64,000 nucleotides of DNA, from NCBI GenBank assembly GCA_000934665.2, contig KZ539112.1, forward strand, positions 1 to 64,000. The letters run 5' to 3'. The notes below the pieces were generated by a model. The model was not told the DNA's origin and did not search any database. It saw only the letters and a list, made by a program, of their open reading frames with translations. Made by a program: the position numbers and the translations under genes. Numbering within the stretch: position 1 is the stretch's first letter; the number at the start of each line of letters is the position of its first letter. Positions 10,201 to 22,200 of the stretch are shown piece after piece. The DNA comes from Catajapyx aquilonaris (Eukaryota).

Positions 10201-13200
10201 GGTCACCTAACAGTCTATACAATATTTGTATTCAAATTCCTCTAGTTAGTCAGTTAGTGAGTTTAAAAAAATAAACTAGGGGTCGACCCCAACCAAAAGC
10301 CAAAGTTTAAACAGGCTTAATAAGAGGGCGGAGGGAGGCGATAATTCAGACGACCCCCCCCCCCCCCCCCCCANCCCTTCCAATCCTCTCACACCCTCTT
10401 TTTCCCTCCCTCAGTCGGCCTTCTCTTCCTCCCGGCACACACATATATAGCCGGCCCAGCTCCGATATGAGTTAGAGGAGGAAGAGGCCAATCTGCAGTT
10501 CAGGTCACGTGCCCTCGCCTCGTGCCTGGCGCATCATTTGTCTTGTCTCGTCCAGAGGCACATGCAGCCCAGAATTATCTGCAGCAGCCCTCAAGCCAAC
10601 CAAATAAATTACGCCCAAAAAGGGAAATGAAAGCTATATAAAGCGCCCTGAGATCGCTTCGTTACACTCCTCTCTCCTACAGCTAACACACCGACCAGAT
10701 GCAACCTAGAATAAGGAAACGGGAGTGAATAAGAAGGACACGGAAATGGGCTGATGGGATATCTGGCACCCTTCTGTAGGGTTCATTCAGTTAGTTGCAT
10801 AAGTTTAAAAACATCCAAAAAAAATTGTTACATGCAATGTACTCTTCATAAATGTCAAATTCCTGCATAATTCTTGGAGGTTGACATCTTCTCCAAGCCA
10901 AAACCTCATCTGAACTTATTAGTCCAAGCAGACGAGAGAAAGAGCCTCGGGGCTAATTTATAGGCAGTAAAGGGTTTATCTACGGTCCCAACTCCATAAC
11001 ACAAGTGATACATAAAGGCTTATCTTTAGCCGGTTGTCAGTGCGCCTTTTGTCAAAAAGGGGGGGACCGCTCCTGCAAAATAGGCCCCACTACGCTGCTT
11101 CCATAATACGACCAACTGTGCACAGAAGTACCGACGAGCCTCCTGCTGATTTACGTTGCGTCTCCTAAGTCGGAACAAAAACTTCTTTTTTTTTAAATGG
11201 TCGTATCCTGTTTTGATGCAAATTTGCGACAAGCCCTTTTGGAGATAACGGTTAGGGGTGAATCTGCGAGGTGAAATAAATAGCCTAATTGCTGGGAGAC
11301 GCCGATTATACCAACTATCCCGAAACCATAAAGTGCAAGTAATCCCAGTCCTGGCACCGATAAGCGTCGGAATGAACGCCCCTATAGAGTTACGATGGGG
11401 GCTCTATACACTTATGAATATTTTGGGCGGTGGAAAGAGATGGGGGGGGGGGGNNNNNNNNNNNNNNNNNNNNNNNNNNNNNNNNNNNNNNNNNNNNNNN
11501 NNNNNNNNNNNNNNNNNNNNNNNNNNNNNNNNNNNNNNNNNNNNNNNNNNNNNNNNNNNNNNNNNNNNNNNNNNNNNNNNNNNNNNNNNNNNNNNNNNNN
11601 NNNNNNNNNNNNNNNNNNNNNNNNNNNNNNNNNNNNNNNNNNNNNNNNNNNNCCCCCCCCCATCCCCGGGGCGCCTTTTGAAAAGCGCATATTCAGCCGA
11701 ATTAGCCGAGTTTGCTTTACAATAAGCAGCCCCTAATTTTATTTCGCCCCCTGCCAATTGGATTAGGGTTAGCTTTGGTAAAAGGCCCGTTTGATTAGAT
11801 TTACATTAAATAGTGCAGTGTTTGCAGGCGCACGAGGCGACGACAAGCAAAAGAGAAGAAAAAAAAAGTAGGGGGACACACAAAAAAAAAAAAATTAGCG
11901 ACGGTCTAAAGGAATGTAGAAATCCGACAGGACGCCTCGATCTAGGCCGTAAATTGTTCAAACCGACAGTTATGTCAAAACTATAGCTTACCTATAGTAG
12001 AGACGTACTTGGTAATATGTAGATTCTACCACATCCCATCAATGTTTTTTTTTCTTGTTTACTAATGTTTTAGCTTGCATGGGGCAATCAATATGTTATG
12101 TAGCCAATTTGTATTAGTTGTATGCATGCAACTGGGCAAGCAGGTGTGACCACATGCCTTTAAACGTGTTACCATGTCTTGCGTGGACTGCACGGAAGCA
12201 AGGGTTATGACGTCAACAAATATTTTGACACATACCTTTAACACCCTTTGGCGATGAGGCGTCGCGATTCCAAGGTGGATCCCCATGTCCGGAGAAGTCC
12301 CGAAGTCGCAAATAGGATATGGTGAGCCGGATGATGGAGGCCTTGTCCAGCTGGGAGGTAATGGCTCCAGGCAAGGGCAGCATCTTTGCCAGCTCGTAGA
12401 ACTCGTAATTCTCCTTACCCCTCCTGGATCGGGCCGCATCCCGACTCTTCTCCTTGCGCAGCTCCAAAATGCTGTCGGATAAAAATGGAGCCCAGCTGAG
12501 GAGGAGGCGAGAGTCGCCATCCCGCTGCCCAATATACCCCCACCTGCACTCATCTATCTACCTCTACCTACGTACTGCATATGACCAATTTTCACGACTA
12601 CCTCACCACCTCTATGCAGATACGCAGCCCAAATACAGAGGGGCCGATAACGAAAAAAAAAAAAGTGTCCAGAATAGCCGAGAACCCGAATGTCCCCAAG
12701 GTCCATAGCGACAAGCGTCGTTTCAATTAGAGGGGGACTTGGGGAGAAGAAATAGGGGTGGAGTATTGAGGGGTGGGGGTCCTAAAAGGTTGGGCAAATC
12801 TTGGGGCAGCGCTCCCAAGGGGCGCGTAAAGGTGAAGAGTGGAGGCGCAGCCGATGATTAGACGGATCGGAAAATGAAATGTCCGCCGCAGCCCAGCAGC
12901 AGTAGTGGAAGGCCCGAGGAAAGGAATTAGAGGAATTGGGGCTGCAGCCAAGCTTTACGAGCCTCTCTCCCGCCCAAATCCCCGCCGTCCGAATGGGCCC
13001 AATGTCCAGCTGCGCCAACGCCCTTTAATAGGGCTGCCCTTACGTGACCCCCCCCCCCCTTTCAACCATTTCTCCTTCAAATAACCTGGCGTCATTTGAA
13101 ACAGTGGGCCTTCATCCTAAACTGCTAGGTGACCTTAAAGCCTCAATTTCAGGGCAGGTTGCATGAAAATCAGGGGCTAAGGAAGTTTCTATATAAGAAT

Positions 13201-15012
13201 AAAATGGCGTAACTGACCGACGTCACGATTTGGTAAGTGGGGAACGTCGAGGGGGAGACAGAGAATTCGCTGGAGGCCGCCAATTTAAGCTCATTAGGCC
13301 CGGCAGGCTGCCACTTAATCGCTGTCCCGTGGGTTAGGTGGGGCAGTGTCAGGGCATAGCATCAGAGGCCACTTGCTGCCAGAAAAAGAAGCTTGTTGGG
13401 GGGACAGCTCTTCCCAGATGGGAAATTACCCTCCCCTTCTCCCCCATGAGACTCTCTCATCACTTCCCACTCGATTGAACGTCGATATCTACATGTTGTC
13501 ACTTAGTACATCGATTGTAGGTAAGCTTCAAGTGGGGAAACAGCAGTCTTTAGGGCTTGGGCCAGAGTGGATTAGCAGAGGCGGTAAATGAAAAGGCAGG
13601 CGTGTAAGGAATCCTCAGAGGAAGAGGTGGTGGAAGCGAGCCAGGAGGACGGTAAGGCGCAAATTGGCCGCCTTTTCTCCCTCTTTTTCCCCAAAGTCCC
13701 AGAGGAAAGGCTCCTCGAGTTTCGCACTGGCCTCGGACCAATCATTCCTCAAGTGGAGCACAGGCGAGGAAGGCGTGGAGAACAGAATTAAGGGGGATGC
13801 TGGATGCGCCGCGGTCAAATTGCCTGCTGGCCTCCAACTTTGCCCACCAGCTGATTGGGTTAGGCGCTTCTTTTAAGGGCCCGACAGACTCGCCCTAATC
13901 TCCTTTTACTACAAGATGGGCGCCAATCGCATTATTTCCTTGCCCACCCGCTGCATTTGCCTGCCGTCCTACTTGCCTTTGAAGTCCATTCGTCCACAGC
14001 ATCACAAGTAGGTCTTCCCCCTCGCCACCTTCGCACCTAACAATTGGACTGAATTTCTTTTTTTTTTCTAGACAGCAACCATGGGTTGGATAGAAAAAAA
14101 TATGCCAGAGCAGAATCTGGGGAAGTCAATGTTATAGGAGGGAGTCTGACCGATGTGGCTTCTGGATGTGTGACTCACAGATTTATCCACTCAATTAAGT
14201 CTAAGCTAACGTTGGGCTCACCCCTAATCGCCTTGATTGTTAGTAGATCATAACTGTGTATTCGGCAATCATATGGGGAGAGCGACACAGTTTACATTAT
14301 GAGGGTACACAATCAGAGTCGTTACATGTTGATGTTGCGGTTTTAGTTGATTATTTTTGTACTGAACAACTATTCCGATTGTCATAGATAAATTTCAGTG
14401 GTGTCCGATTGTGAAGACAAAGTTCGAATTATTGATGGGTCAGTATTTCGCATGTTCGCCATAATATGGTGCTGGAACTGAACAAGTGCTCAACTATAGA
14501 AATGTGAGGAAATGTGTTGCAGCATGTTTCAAGTTCTCGCAATTTTAGTGCGCATCTTGCAAAAATCAACATTATAAGTTGAGTCAAAGGTCAGGTGTTT
14601 TCCGTCGTGGTATTCGGTTCTCTATGCTCTCTCCATTTGTCCATTTTTTTGTATATCTTCATATACATAAACAGTTGCTTTTGGCTTCTCACTCAAACAT
14701 TAATGCAAAAGGTCCCAGAGTTGACGGAGCATACGATTTGGACCCGCAAATTAGAGAAAAGTTGCCGATAATGTCGAGTAATTCATAACACGCGTACATA
14801 ATCATAGGTTTTATCATCGATAATAATTTGAGTTGATATAAGCGGTTGTCAGTGTCCCGCGTCCATCCGTATATGGTCACTCTGTTACAACTCTTTCTCC
14901 ATCTATATCCCATTCTAACCTGAGTAGCCCGATGCTACAATATTGGAAATCAATAAATTATTGTCAGACGCGGGCTTAATATTATTACGACCTCGTCCCT
15001 GGACAGGTTTGA

Positions 15013-15094
<82 letters not shown>

Positions 15095-18000
15095 TATAAA
15101 GTTATTGTTAACACTCTTTGAGTAAGCGTATATTTGGAGTTTTCAGAAATGTAACATTTGGCCAATTTATTCGTGGCACTGCACACCACCAGTTTCTCAA
15201 ACGGGCAGCTGCGACTTTCTTGAGCAATTTTCAAAGATTTTGGACAGTGCAGTGGTGAAATATGCTGGAAAAGTTAGGCTATACTTTTCCCATCTGCTTT
15301 TGTGCAAAAGAAAGTCCCAATGGACCTATGCATCATAAATTTTGCATTATTTTCCGGATGAAGGACTTTGGATCGGAGTCATGTCTTTTTCACATCGTGT
15401 CGTATAAGACAAGAAGTGTTACGCATGTCACAACAGCATAAAAGTACACACTTAAAATGCGTATCGTGTTACTAGGGGTTACTATAGGGTTGAAAATACG
15501 GTTTTATGTATATGTCGGTCAAAAAAGGTGCATTTGAAAATACTCCAATCAGCATGAATTCGAGTGAATGTATACCGCCGACAGTGTCACATACATGCAC
15601 GGTTCATAATGGATGTGGTTCTTTAGTTATCGCTGGCTACTCCTTCAATTAGGGTCAAGCCGTGATGTAAATGAAAATAAATGAAAAAGAAAACAATTAG
15701 CGAGGACAGGGAGATATCGCATTCATGAGGGGATATCAATCAAACACTTCCATTCACTGTCTCACAAAACTACTGTGCAAATGTATGCATAATGAATATC
15801 TTAGTTAACTTTAAAAACAGGAGAACCGGATCCTCAGACAGTAACAGAGCATCACTGCATTTCTTAAAATTCTCCGTTCGTCTTTGCGAAGGTAGGCCTA
15901 TATGTGATGCTGGGTATCAAAATAAAATACCGGTGTACTTTAAAGTAACATACTCCCATTCTGCGGGGAAGGGGCTTTACGGTTGTGGAATACAATCTTT
16001 GGTAACCGAAAACCTTAATTTTCAAAATGATCAGAATAGCACTGGACTGATTCCGAAGTATGAGATTTTGCAGTTTGAATATTAATATTCCTTATAGGAT
16101 CCCTATTTGTCAAAAATTTCGCTAGTGGACTGTGACTATTCTAGCGGAAAACTGACCCATGGCCAGGTAGACGTCCATGACTGTATTACACACGCCTGAC
16201 TCAATTTCGACTAAAATATGACTAATCGTTCCACATCGGATTTCCCCTTTTAAACCCCTCTGGTAATAAAATCGTGGTTCAAACCGAAAATATATGCTGG
16301 CAATCGGCTACCTCTGCGTGTAAACATTACAGCAAACTAAATCAAACACCATATTCTTCATTTTAAAAAGCACATTCAATGCCCATTGTTATCACGAAAA
16401 ACCATTCTGACATAAACTGAGCAGTCCTGACCGGATCGGACCGCCGTGCTTCTATTGTACTGCCGTCAGTAATAATTTGCGAATGAAACCACCAAAGTGC
16501 AAAGGATACACCTAGTTACACTTATGTTATTGCCACATTATAACTAGTGTAAATCAGCAGTTTGAATAGCTGCACGGCCGTACAGTCAAATGCCATTTTC
16601 CCATTACTTTTACATCTACTTCTGAGAAAAAAAAGGCTAATGGTTGCCCGGTTGTACGATTGTAAATTATATTATTTTTTCACCCCTACAGTGATTTTTA
16701 CACGCCGCAATATATCAGCTTCTCCAACACCGCCATATCAATTAAGTCCTGATCGTCTTTCACATCGACCACATCAATCTCCGGATAAGATCACATGATT
16801 CCATGATACGCCTCCATACACATAATATCACTCTGCCGCATAGTCTGCTCTGAGGCGGCAAATTCGGGGGACAAACCAACGACTCAATGACCTGTCAATT
16901 CCCACAAGACCTCAGATTACATGATGTTGCATATATTTCCCGTGAAAATGTCTCTCAACCTTGCGGAATCTCGTGAGAACCCCTGTCCCCATCTTCAGGA
17001 CCGCAAATACCCACGGAAGAGAAGCATAGGACCCATACATATAAAAAAAAGTGGGGGAGGAAAAGGCAAGGCATGCCCTAGAGTCTGCCCGGAAATCCTC
17101 CACAACGTTAACAGCGCGTAAAAATGGCATTAAAGTTGCTATCTGCAAAGTGGGGGGGTTACAACCGGTGGGGGAAAAAAATGTATATATTCAATAGGCC
17201 TTCCTTTTTTTCAACTCCGTATGTGTGGGTGAATAAAACTGGTCTTTTCTTGCATGGTTGCTGGGCTTCCGGTTGACGGATTTAGAAAAGGGGGATGTAA
17301 GTTGGTGGGCTCATTTCTTGGAGACAAATGAGACTTGGGCGTCATGTGTTGTTGGCGGCTTGTGAGGGACGCACCCTTCTTTAGTTGACAAGTTAGGCTC
17401 TCTTTATTGCCCAGCTACACCTATACTAGCGGCATATTACAAGCCAGCTTCCTATACTTATCCCTCAATATTGATCGGTATGTTATACATTTTATCTAGT
17501 TTTCGACACTTGCGTAGGGTAGGTTACGGCTTGTCCGAGTCAGGTCGGGTACGGGCTCGGTGACGTACCGATTCAATTGGGAATGATATGCTGGTATGGT
17601 ATAGGATGCAGCCGATTTTTATGGGCTTGCAGCGTATTTTGCACACAAAAATGTGCAAATTTACTCAATATGTAACAAATTATTACCGAGCAACGTATTA
17701 CCTTCTGACACTTTCATTTTCAGTTAATTATTTTTCCCTTAATGTTGCTGGAATTGACTTAAAACGCTGCCAATTTTCTGAGGCTGTAATTACAAATAAT
17801 TACTTAGATTGGCATGCAGAACAGACATTCAGCATCGACCTCATCCTGCTGGTACACATCGTTTTAAAAATTCAACCGAGGAACTATGCACAATGCACCC
17901 AACGAGCAGGATTACTGACCAATAGTAGCCTGTGCGATAAGACAATTCCGTCGTATAATGAGTATAATTACAGGTTGGCACGATCAGCACACTTAAATGA

Positions 18001-19004
18001 AATATATTCCTTTTCATATTGTACAGACGTGTGTGTCATCTTTATTGGCACCTTAAGGTGGTAATGATAGAGCTCGCTGCAATTAATTTTATTAATTGCA
18101 GATCCGGAAGTGTCAACGCAATTCCTAAACACAGTCACTACCCTCTAATCCTTTCATCTCATCACCATTTCACACAGTGAATGAACATAGCATTGTTAAA
18201 ATGCTCTAAGAAATTTTAATAACCAAGGAATGAAGCGCTGCTTCATTTTAGGTGGGAAAAGGACAAGTTATGTGCGCTCCAACCAGAACAATTACTTAAT
18301 AAATAACTGGTTCTGGAAGCACGATACGAGCGCCCTATTTTATATCCGCTATTTACGTTAAAATGCAAGCGATGCGGTTCATTCAAATATGATAACAAAC
18401 CACATTCAATTTAAGCCATATCCTTAAGAATTAGACATTTAACAACAATCACAACCGAGACTCTTTCGGAGTGGGCGCCAAGAATATTTAACACTCCATT
18501 TAGACAAAACATAACCACTAGTTAATCCACCATTAAACGAGCAGGGCTGAAGAATGCCATGAACAGTCTGAATCTTTCCTGGTTAAAAGCATGAACGAAT
18601 GAAAAAAAGAAAATGTTTGCAAATTGAAGGAATGAAGGAAGCAGGCGACAGGCCGCAGTGGCATGATGCTGCTGCCTTCGCCTGGAGGAGGTGGACAAGG
18701 TAGTGGCGGTTGGTGTGTGATAGATCTAGGAAAGATAGAGATAGAGACAGGTGGATTACCCCGTGTCGTGGAGGGCCGGGAAGTCCCGCAGCGAGCCCCC
18801 CTCAGAGTTATGCCACCCCCCGTAGAGCGTTGGAGTAGTTGTGGGGCTGCGGGGCGGTACCAACCATGAGTGCGTGAAGGCGGATGGATTGACCGGGGAC
18901 TGCCTCTGGTGAGCGGCACCGTGGTGGTGATGGTGGTTCATGTGGTGGTGGAAGGGCGCACCCATGCCGTAGTCCATGGCAGCCACCGCCTGGTAGGGCA
19001 GCAT
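2732..19004 (-). CDS. trh: trachealess (NPAS1/NPAS3 family) bHLH-PAS transcription factor; join complement(19004-18760,12471-12236,8703-8624,8541-8452,8396-8207,8147-8026,7724-7531,5688-5582,5417-5106,5021-4876,4225-2732); 1071 aa
   Basis: All ten introns are GT-AG and phases concatenate to one 3216-nt ORF. N-terminus [12 protein letters not shown]...FTHSW, b[48 protein letters not shown] and C-terminal motifs ([68 protein letters not shown]) match insect Trh as I recall it. Confidence 0.95.
4876..5021 (-). CDS. trh: trh exon 10 (low-complexity linker)
   Basis: [49 protein letters not shown]. Acceptor ttggcAG, donor CAG|GTAAAC. Phases fit both neighbours, but there is no conserved motif. Confidence 0.75.
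5106..5417 (-). CDS. trh: trh exon 9 (PAS-B/PAC)
   Basis: (L)[49 protein letters not shown]...DCCQL...PDRDLS. Donor CAG|GTCAGT. Confidence 0.92.
5582..5688 (-). CDS. trh: trh exon 8 (PAS-B)
   Basis: (R)[35 protein letters not shown]. Acceptor ttgcAG, donor C|GTGAGT. Confidence 0.93.
6135..7330. mobile_element. Possible highly decayed Tc1/mariner-type transposon fragments in trh intron 7
   Basis: TACAGGGTG (6135-6143) and TATAGGGTG (~6846) resemble Tc1/mariner termini. Interrupted frames give LVKFY...SP*VLRNIM on - (~6600-6730) and SKFRKTG on + (~7150-7170), reminiscent of the N-terminal HTH of such transposases. No paired TIR and no DDD/E domain seen. Confidence 0.25.
7531..7724 (-). CDS. 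trh: trh exon 7 (end of PAS-A, start of PAS-B)
   Basis: [64 protein letters not shown](R). Donor AG|GTCAGT. Confidence 0.94.
8026..8147 (-). CDS. trh: trh exon 6 (PAS-A)
   Basis: [41 protein letters not shown]. Acceptor tttcAG, donor AGG|GTGAGT. Confidence 0.93.
8207..8396 (-). CDS. trh: trh exon 5 (PAS-A and Gly/Ser loop)
   Basis: [28 protein letters not shown]...GTANPD. Preceded by a 55-nt intron, donor G|GTACGT. Confidence 0.93.
8452..8541 (-). CDS. trh: trh exon 4 (PAS-A)
   Basis: [30 protein letters not shown], read by hand (absent from the ORF track). Acceptor ttccAG, donor CAG|GTACGT. Confidence 0.93.
8624..8703 (-). CDS. trh: trh exon 3 (linker to PAS-A)
   Basis: [27 protein letters not shown]. 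Acceptor tttttctctttggcAG, donor CAG|GTAAGT. Confidence 0.92.
9566..9599. repeat. (CAAG)n tetranucleotide microsatellite, imperfect
   Basis: caagcaagcaagcaagcaagccaagcaagcaagc read directly. Confidence 0.8.
11454..11651. other. Assembly gap (198 N) in trh intron 2
   Basis: N run flanked by poly-G on the left and poly-C on the right. Confidence 0.99.
12236..12471 (-). CDS. trh: trh exon 2 (bHLH domain)
   Basis: [67 protein letters not shown]. Acceptor gacAG at 12473-12472 (alternative at 12497-12496), donor G|GTATGT. Confidence 0.95.
15013..15093. repeat. (AAT)27 microsatellite in trh intron 1
   Basis: Perfect AAT run read directly. Confidence 0.97.
18760..19004 (-). CDS. trh: trh coding exon 1 (N-terminal leader)
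   Basis: [13 protein letters not shown]...AFTHSWLVP...HDTG resembles the Drosophila Trh N-terminus. Donor GG|GTAATC at 18759, phase 2, joins C-ATT-TTG-GAG to give G-ILE. Confidence 0.85.
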
Positions 19005-19244
19005 CTCTAACAGCCGATCGACTCACCCCAACCCGCGCACTCTCTCAAGCACAGTGACTCGTGAGCCAAACACTCTCAAATGTCATCTGCCGTCACCAAA
19101 GTGGTCTGCCTCCATGCCGCTAGTGCTCCGGGTGGAAGAGGCTATGAGGAGAGACTGGCAGCCAACCCGCCGGCATCACGTGCTGCTGCCACCACCACCA
19201 CAGCCACGATCGTATTGCGCATGGTGCCACTGCTGATGCTTCCA

Positions 19245-19268
19245 CTGCTGCTGCTGCTGCTGCTGCTG
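19245..19268. repeat. (CTG/CAG)n repeat upstream of the trh start codon
   Basis: About 8 CTG units on +. Confidence 0.85.
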
Positions 19269-22200
19269 CAGGCGCCCATGGTAAATGCTCTGGCGGCAGG
19301 TACCCCAGTCGATTGGGACTACGCCTCTCCCTGGCCGTTTCCAACGCCCCGTATTGATTGGCCCCTTGCCTGCCAGCCAACCCCAGAGCATCTCAAAACC
19401 ACCGCCTACCACTCTCTGATTCATTACCACCCACCACTATCTGTCCAGGTGTCACCCGGACGTTCAAGATTCTCCTCTCGACGCACCAACCCCCTTCCTT
19501 CCCAATCACTATTCTTCCCATGCCTATATACCTACTCTTGCGCCACCTTGCCATCTTCCATCATCTCACTTCTAAATATATTTCCTCAACTTCTTCATAC
19601 ATGTTCCCAACTTTCATCAAATACGCTTAGCCACTTTTTATGGCGATTAACAGACTGGTTGATGAACCAGGCTGATTCCCCTGCAAAACCGCCTGGCTTT
19701 TCCCCCTCCTGCCATATACCACTGCCTAGTCCCAAATCCAGCCAAATAATGCATCCCGGATTATTATAAATGCAATAACAGCAGGGTGGTGCTGGCGCCT
19801 CTCGCTTACAAAGCGCCTCATCTGCCAAATGTGATGACAGGCGACCAGTGCAGGCTCTGGTGCCAGGATGCAGAGGAATCTCACACATATACACACACGC
19901 TGTGGTCCAGTCCTATGGGGTACAAAAAACGGAAGCCGCAAGAATCTGCCACGCTCGGTCGGTTGCGACCAAACACGTCCTCTTCGCTCAGGTGAATTTT
20001 GGGAGCTCTTTTGTCCGGGGAACGGATCATTTTCTGAGCAAGTCCCTATAGCTTGGATGTAGCATGCTGGAGACTACTGGAAAGGGTGGGGTTGCTGCTG
20101 CTGCTGCTGCTACTGCTACTGGGAAAGAGGAGGAGGAGGGGGGGGGGGGTATGAGCCTCATCTCATCCTCATCCGGGAACGGCATTAATTGGGGCGAAAA
20201 AAAAGCTGGTAGAGGAAGCGCCGCATACCAATTGGCCCAAGAGAAGAGATATAGCGCCGCCTGCAATTACAGCCCCAATTACGGGATTTGGCCCCGCCGG
20301 CTGCTTACTGCGAGCTGGCATATCAATGAATTTGGGCAGACACGTGACAGCACGCTCTTCCTCCAGCAGCATGCAGTGTCCTCATTCACGGAAAGATTGG
20401 AAGAATTGCAAGAAGCAATGGGGTGGTGCCTGTCTAAGGCCAGAGGAGGAGCCAGATGGACACTGGTCTGCCAAAAGTCCATATTACCTAGTAGCTCCGC
20501 CTCCGTTTCCTTCTCATCAAATGCATTATGCGATATGCTGGCAGGCCGCATGCAAATTGCATGGATGTGCATGCCTTATTCATAGTGCGCTATCAGCGGC
20601 TTCTTCCTCTTGTCATCCACCGGACCTCAGCTTGGCTTCGTTGTTACCTCTCTACGTGCATCACCAACCAATGAGATGGTCCGGGCTTATCCTGCATTCG
20701 CATGACGTTTGCCTCCAGCACAATAATTGATGACCAAACACACTGACAACACGTGTTCTCAATCACAAACTCTACAAAATCAATCCCACGTGGTTCCATA
20801 GCCAACACGGCCATCAAACTCCGTGCCTGTTGCTTGTAATAGTGTGTATACAATCAACGCAGCAGCAACCGAGAAACCAGCCAAATACCACTGACGGAGT
20901 ATCATTCTGAGTGCCAGAAAGAGGAAAAAGGTTGGACACTTCTTGCCATTCTACAAGCATGTTTCGTGATATAGCACGCTGACACGATCCAGGATATTCC
21001 TTTAGATTCACAAAGCATTTTTTGTGTGGAAAACCTAGGCTACCTTGAGAACCTGACAGCAGCCCACTCCCGCAACTTGTTAAAAAAGGTCGAGAGTCTT
21101 TATGTGCACGAGGTTTTTTTCAAATAGTTTTTTTTTCATATTTTGAATGTGCTACTCGGTACAGTGTGTACTGTATACTTCATGATCGTACTAGAAGGTT
21201 GTCAGCTGTTATCAGCGGCGGCGAGATTATTAAAACATATATAGCCATCAGTGTAATCGGCCACCTATGCAAAGGCACCTAGCTCATAAAGCACATTTAT
21301 GTCTCATTACTCGTGTCCTGCAGAGTTACTGTCGTACTGGCATACCCTTTTAATGTCACGCGCGCTATTTTCTAGCGCTGAATACCAATTATCGGCATCA
21401 ATCTTGATACCGGCAGTGAATTGAGGCGTAGGCGTTAAAACAACATGTCAAAAAGTCGGATTTCGAGGTTGTAATTCCACTAGAGTGTGTCTGGCCCTTT
21501 ACGATTCACTTCATGTCCAGAAAACTCTCATATTATGTCAAAACAAATTAATTAGTTCCGGTATTATTGCGACGCATCACAGTTGTTAAAAGACTTTTCT
21601 CAGAACCTCTTCCAACAGTTAATAGACTGGCTAGTTCACAAAGTAATGAACGGAAACAAACATATATTCTAATGATAACCAACAATTGATTCTAATGATA
21701 ATGATGTTGTCGCGTTTTGAAAGACTTTTTGACTACAAACCATTTATTTCAGCGATTCCAGAGTTTTTCACATTATTTTCCTTCACTTGTGCAACGTTGT
21801 AATATTTGTTACTGTAGTTTTAAGGACTATACATACATATCGTGCAAAGTTTCTTCGAAACACTAAACAGTTGTTGACAACCAGACAGGTTCGGTATACA
21901 CTATTGCCAACTATTCCTTTGTATAGGCCTATACTTGTAAATGTCAAAGGTCATGTACAAAACCCAATAATATCAAGAAATTTGAAGAAATTTCAAACAT
22001 GACAGCACATCTCTCGTCCCGAAAGTTTGTGAAACCAGATACTCCTTTCAATTAATATGATTCCCAGCAAAAACCAAGTCACCATAGACTATGCTTCCAC
22101 TTTTCCACTGTTAAACCTGGAAATATACTATCTTTTTTTCTGATTTCTATCTTCCTCATGTAAGAGTATATTCAACTGCATAATAACTTCAAAAGTGATG

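Noticed and set aside
12062..12553. 163-aa minus-strand ORF ([11 protein letters not shown]...) overlapping the bHLH exon
   Set aside because: It is in a different frame from the conserved bHLH sequence and shows no homology.
17588..18064. 158-aa + strand ORF in trh intron 1
   Set aside because: No recognisable motif or splice support; could be chance or decayed repeat. BLASTX would settle it.
19080..20730. Long + strand ORFs (229 aa, 173 aa) opposite the trh 5' region
   Set aside because: Driven by CTG, GGA and G-run repeats; no domain or coding-like composition.
20865..20894. Inr-like TCAGT (A at 20892, minus strand) with downstream TCGGTTG as a possible trh TSS
   Set aside because: Short motifs with imperfect spacing; cannot be told from chance without CAGE or 5' RACE.
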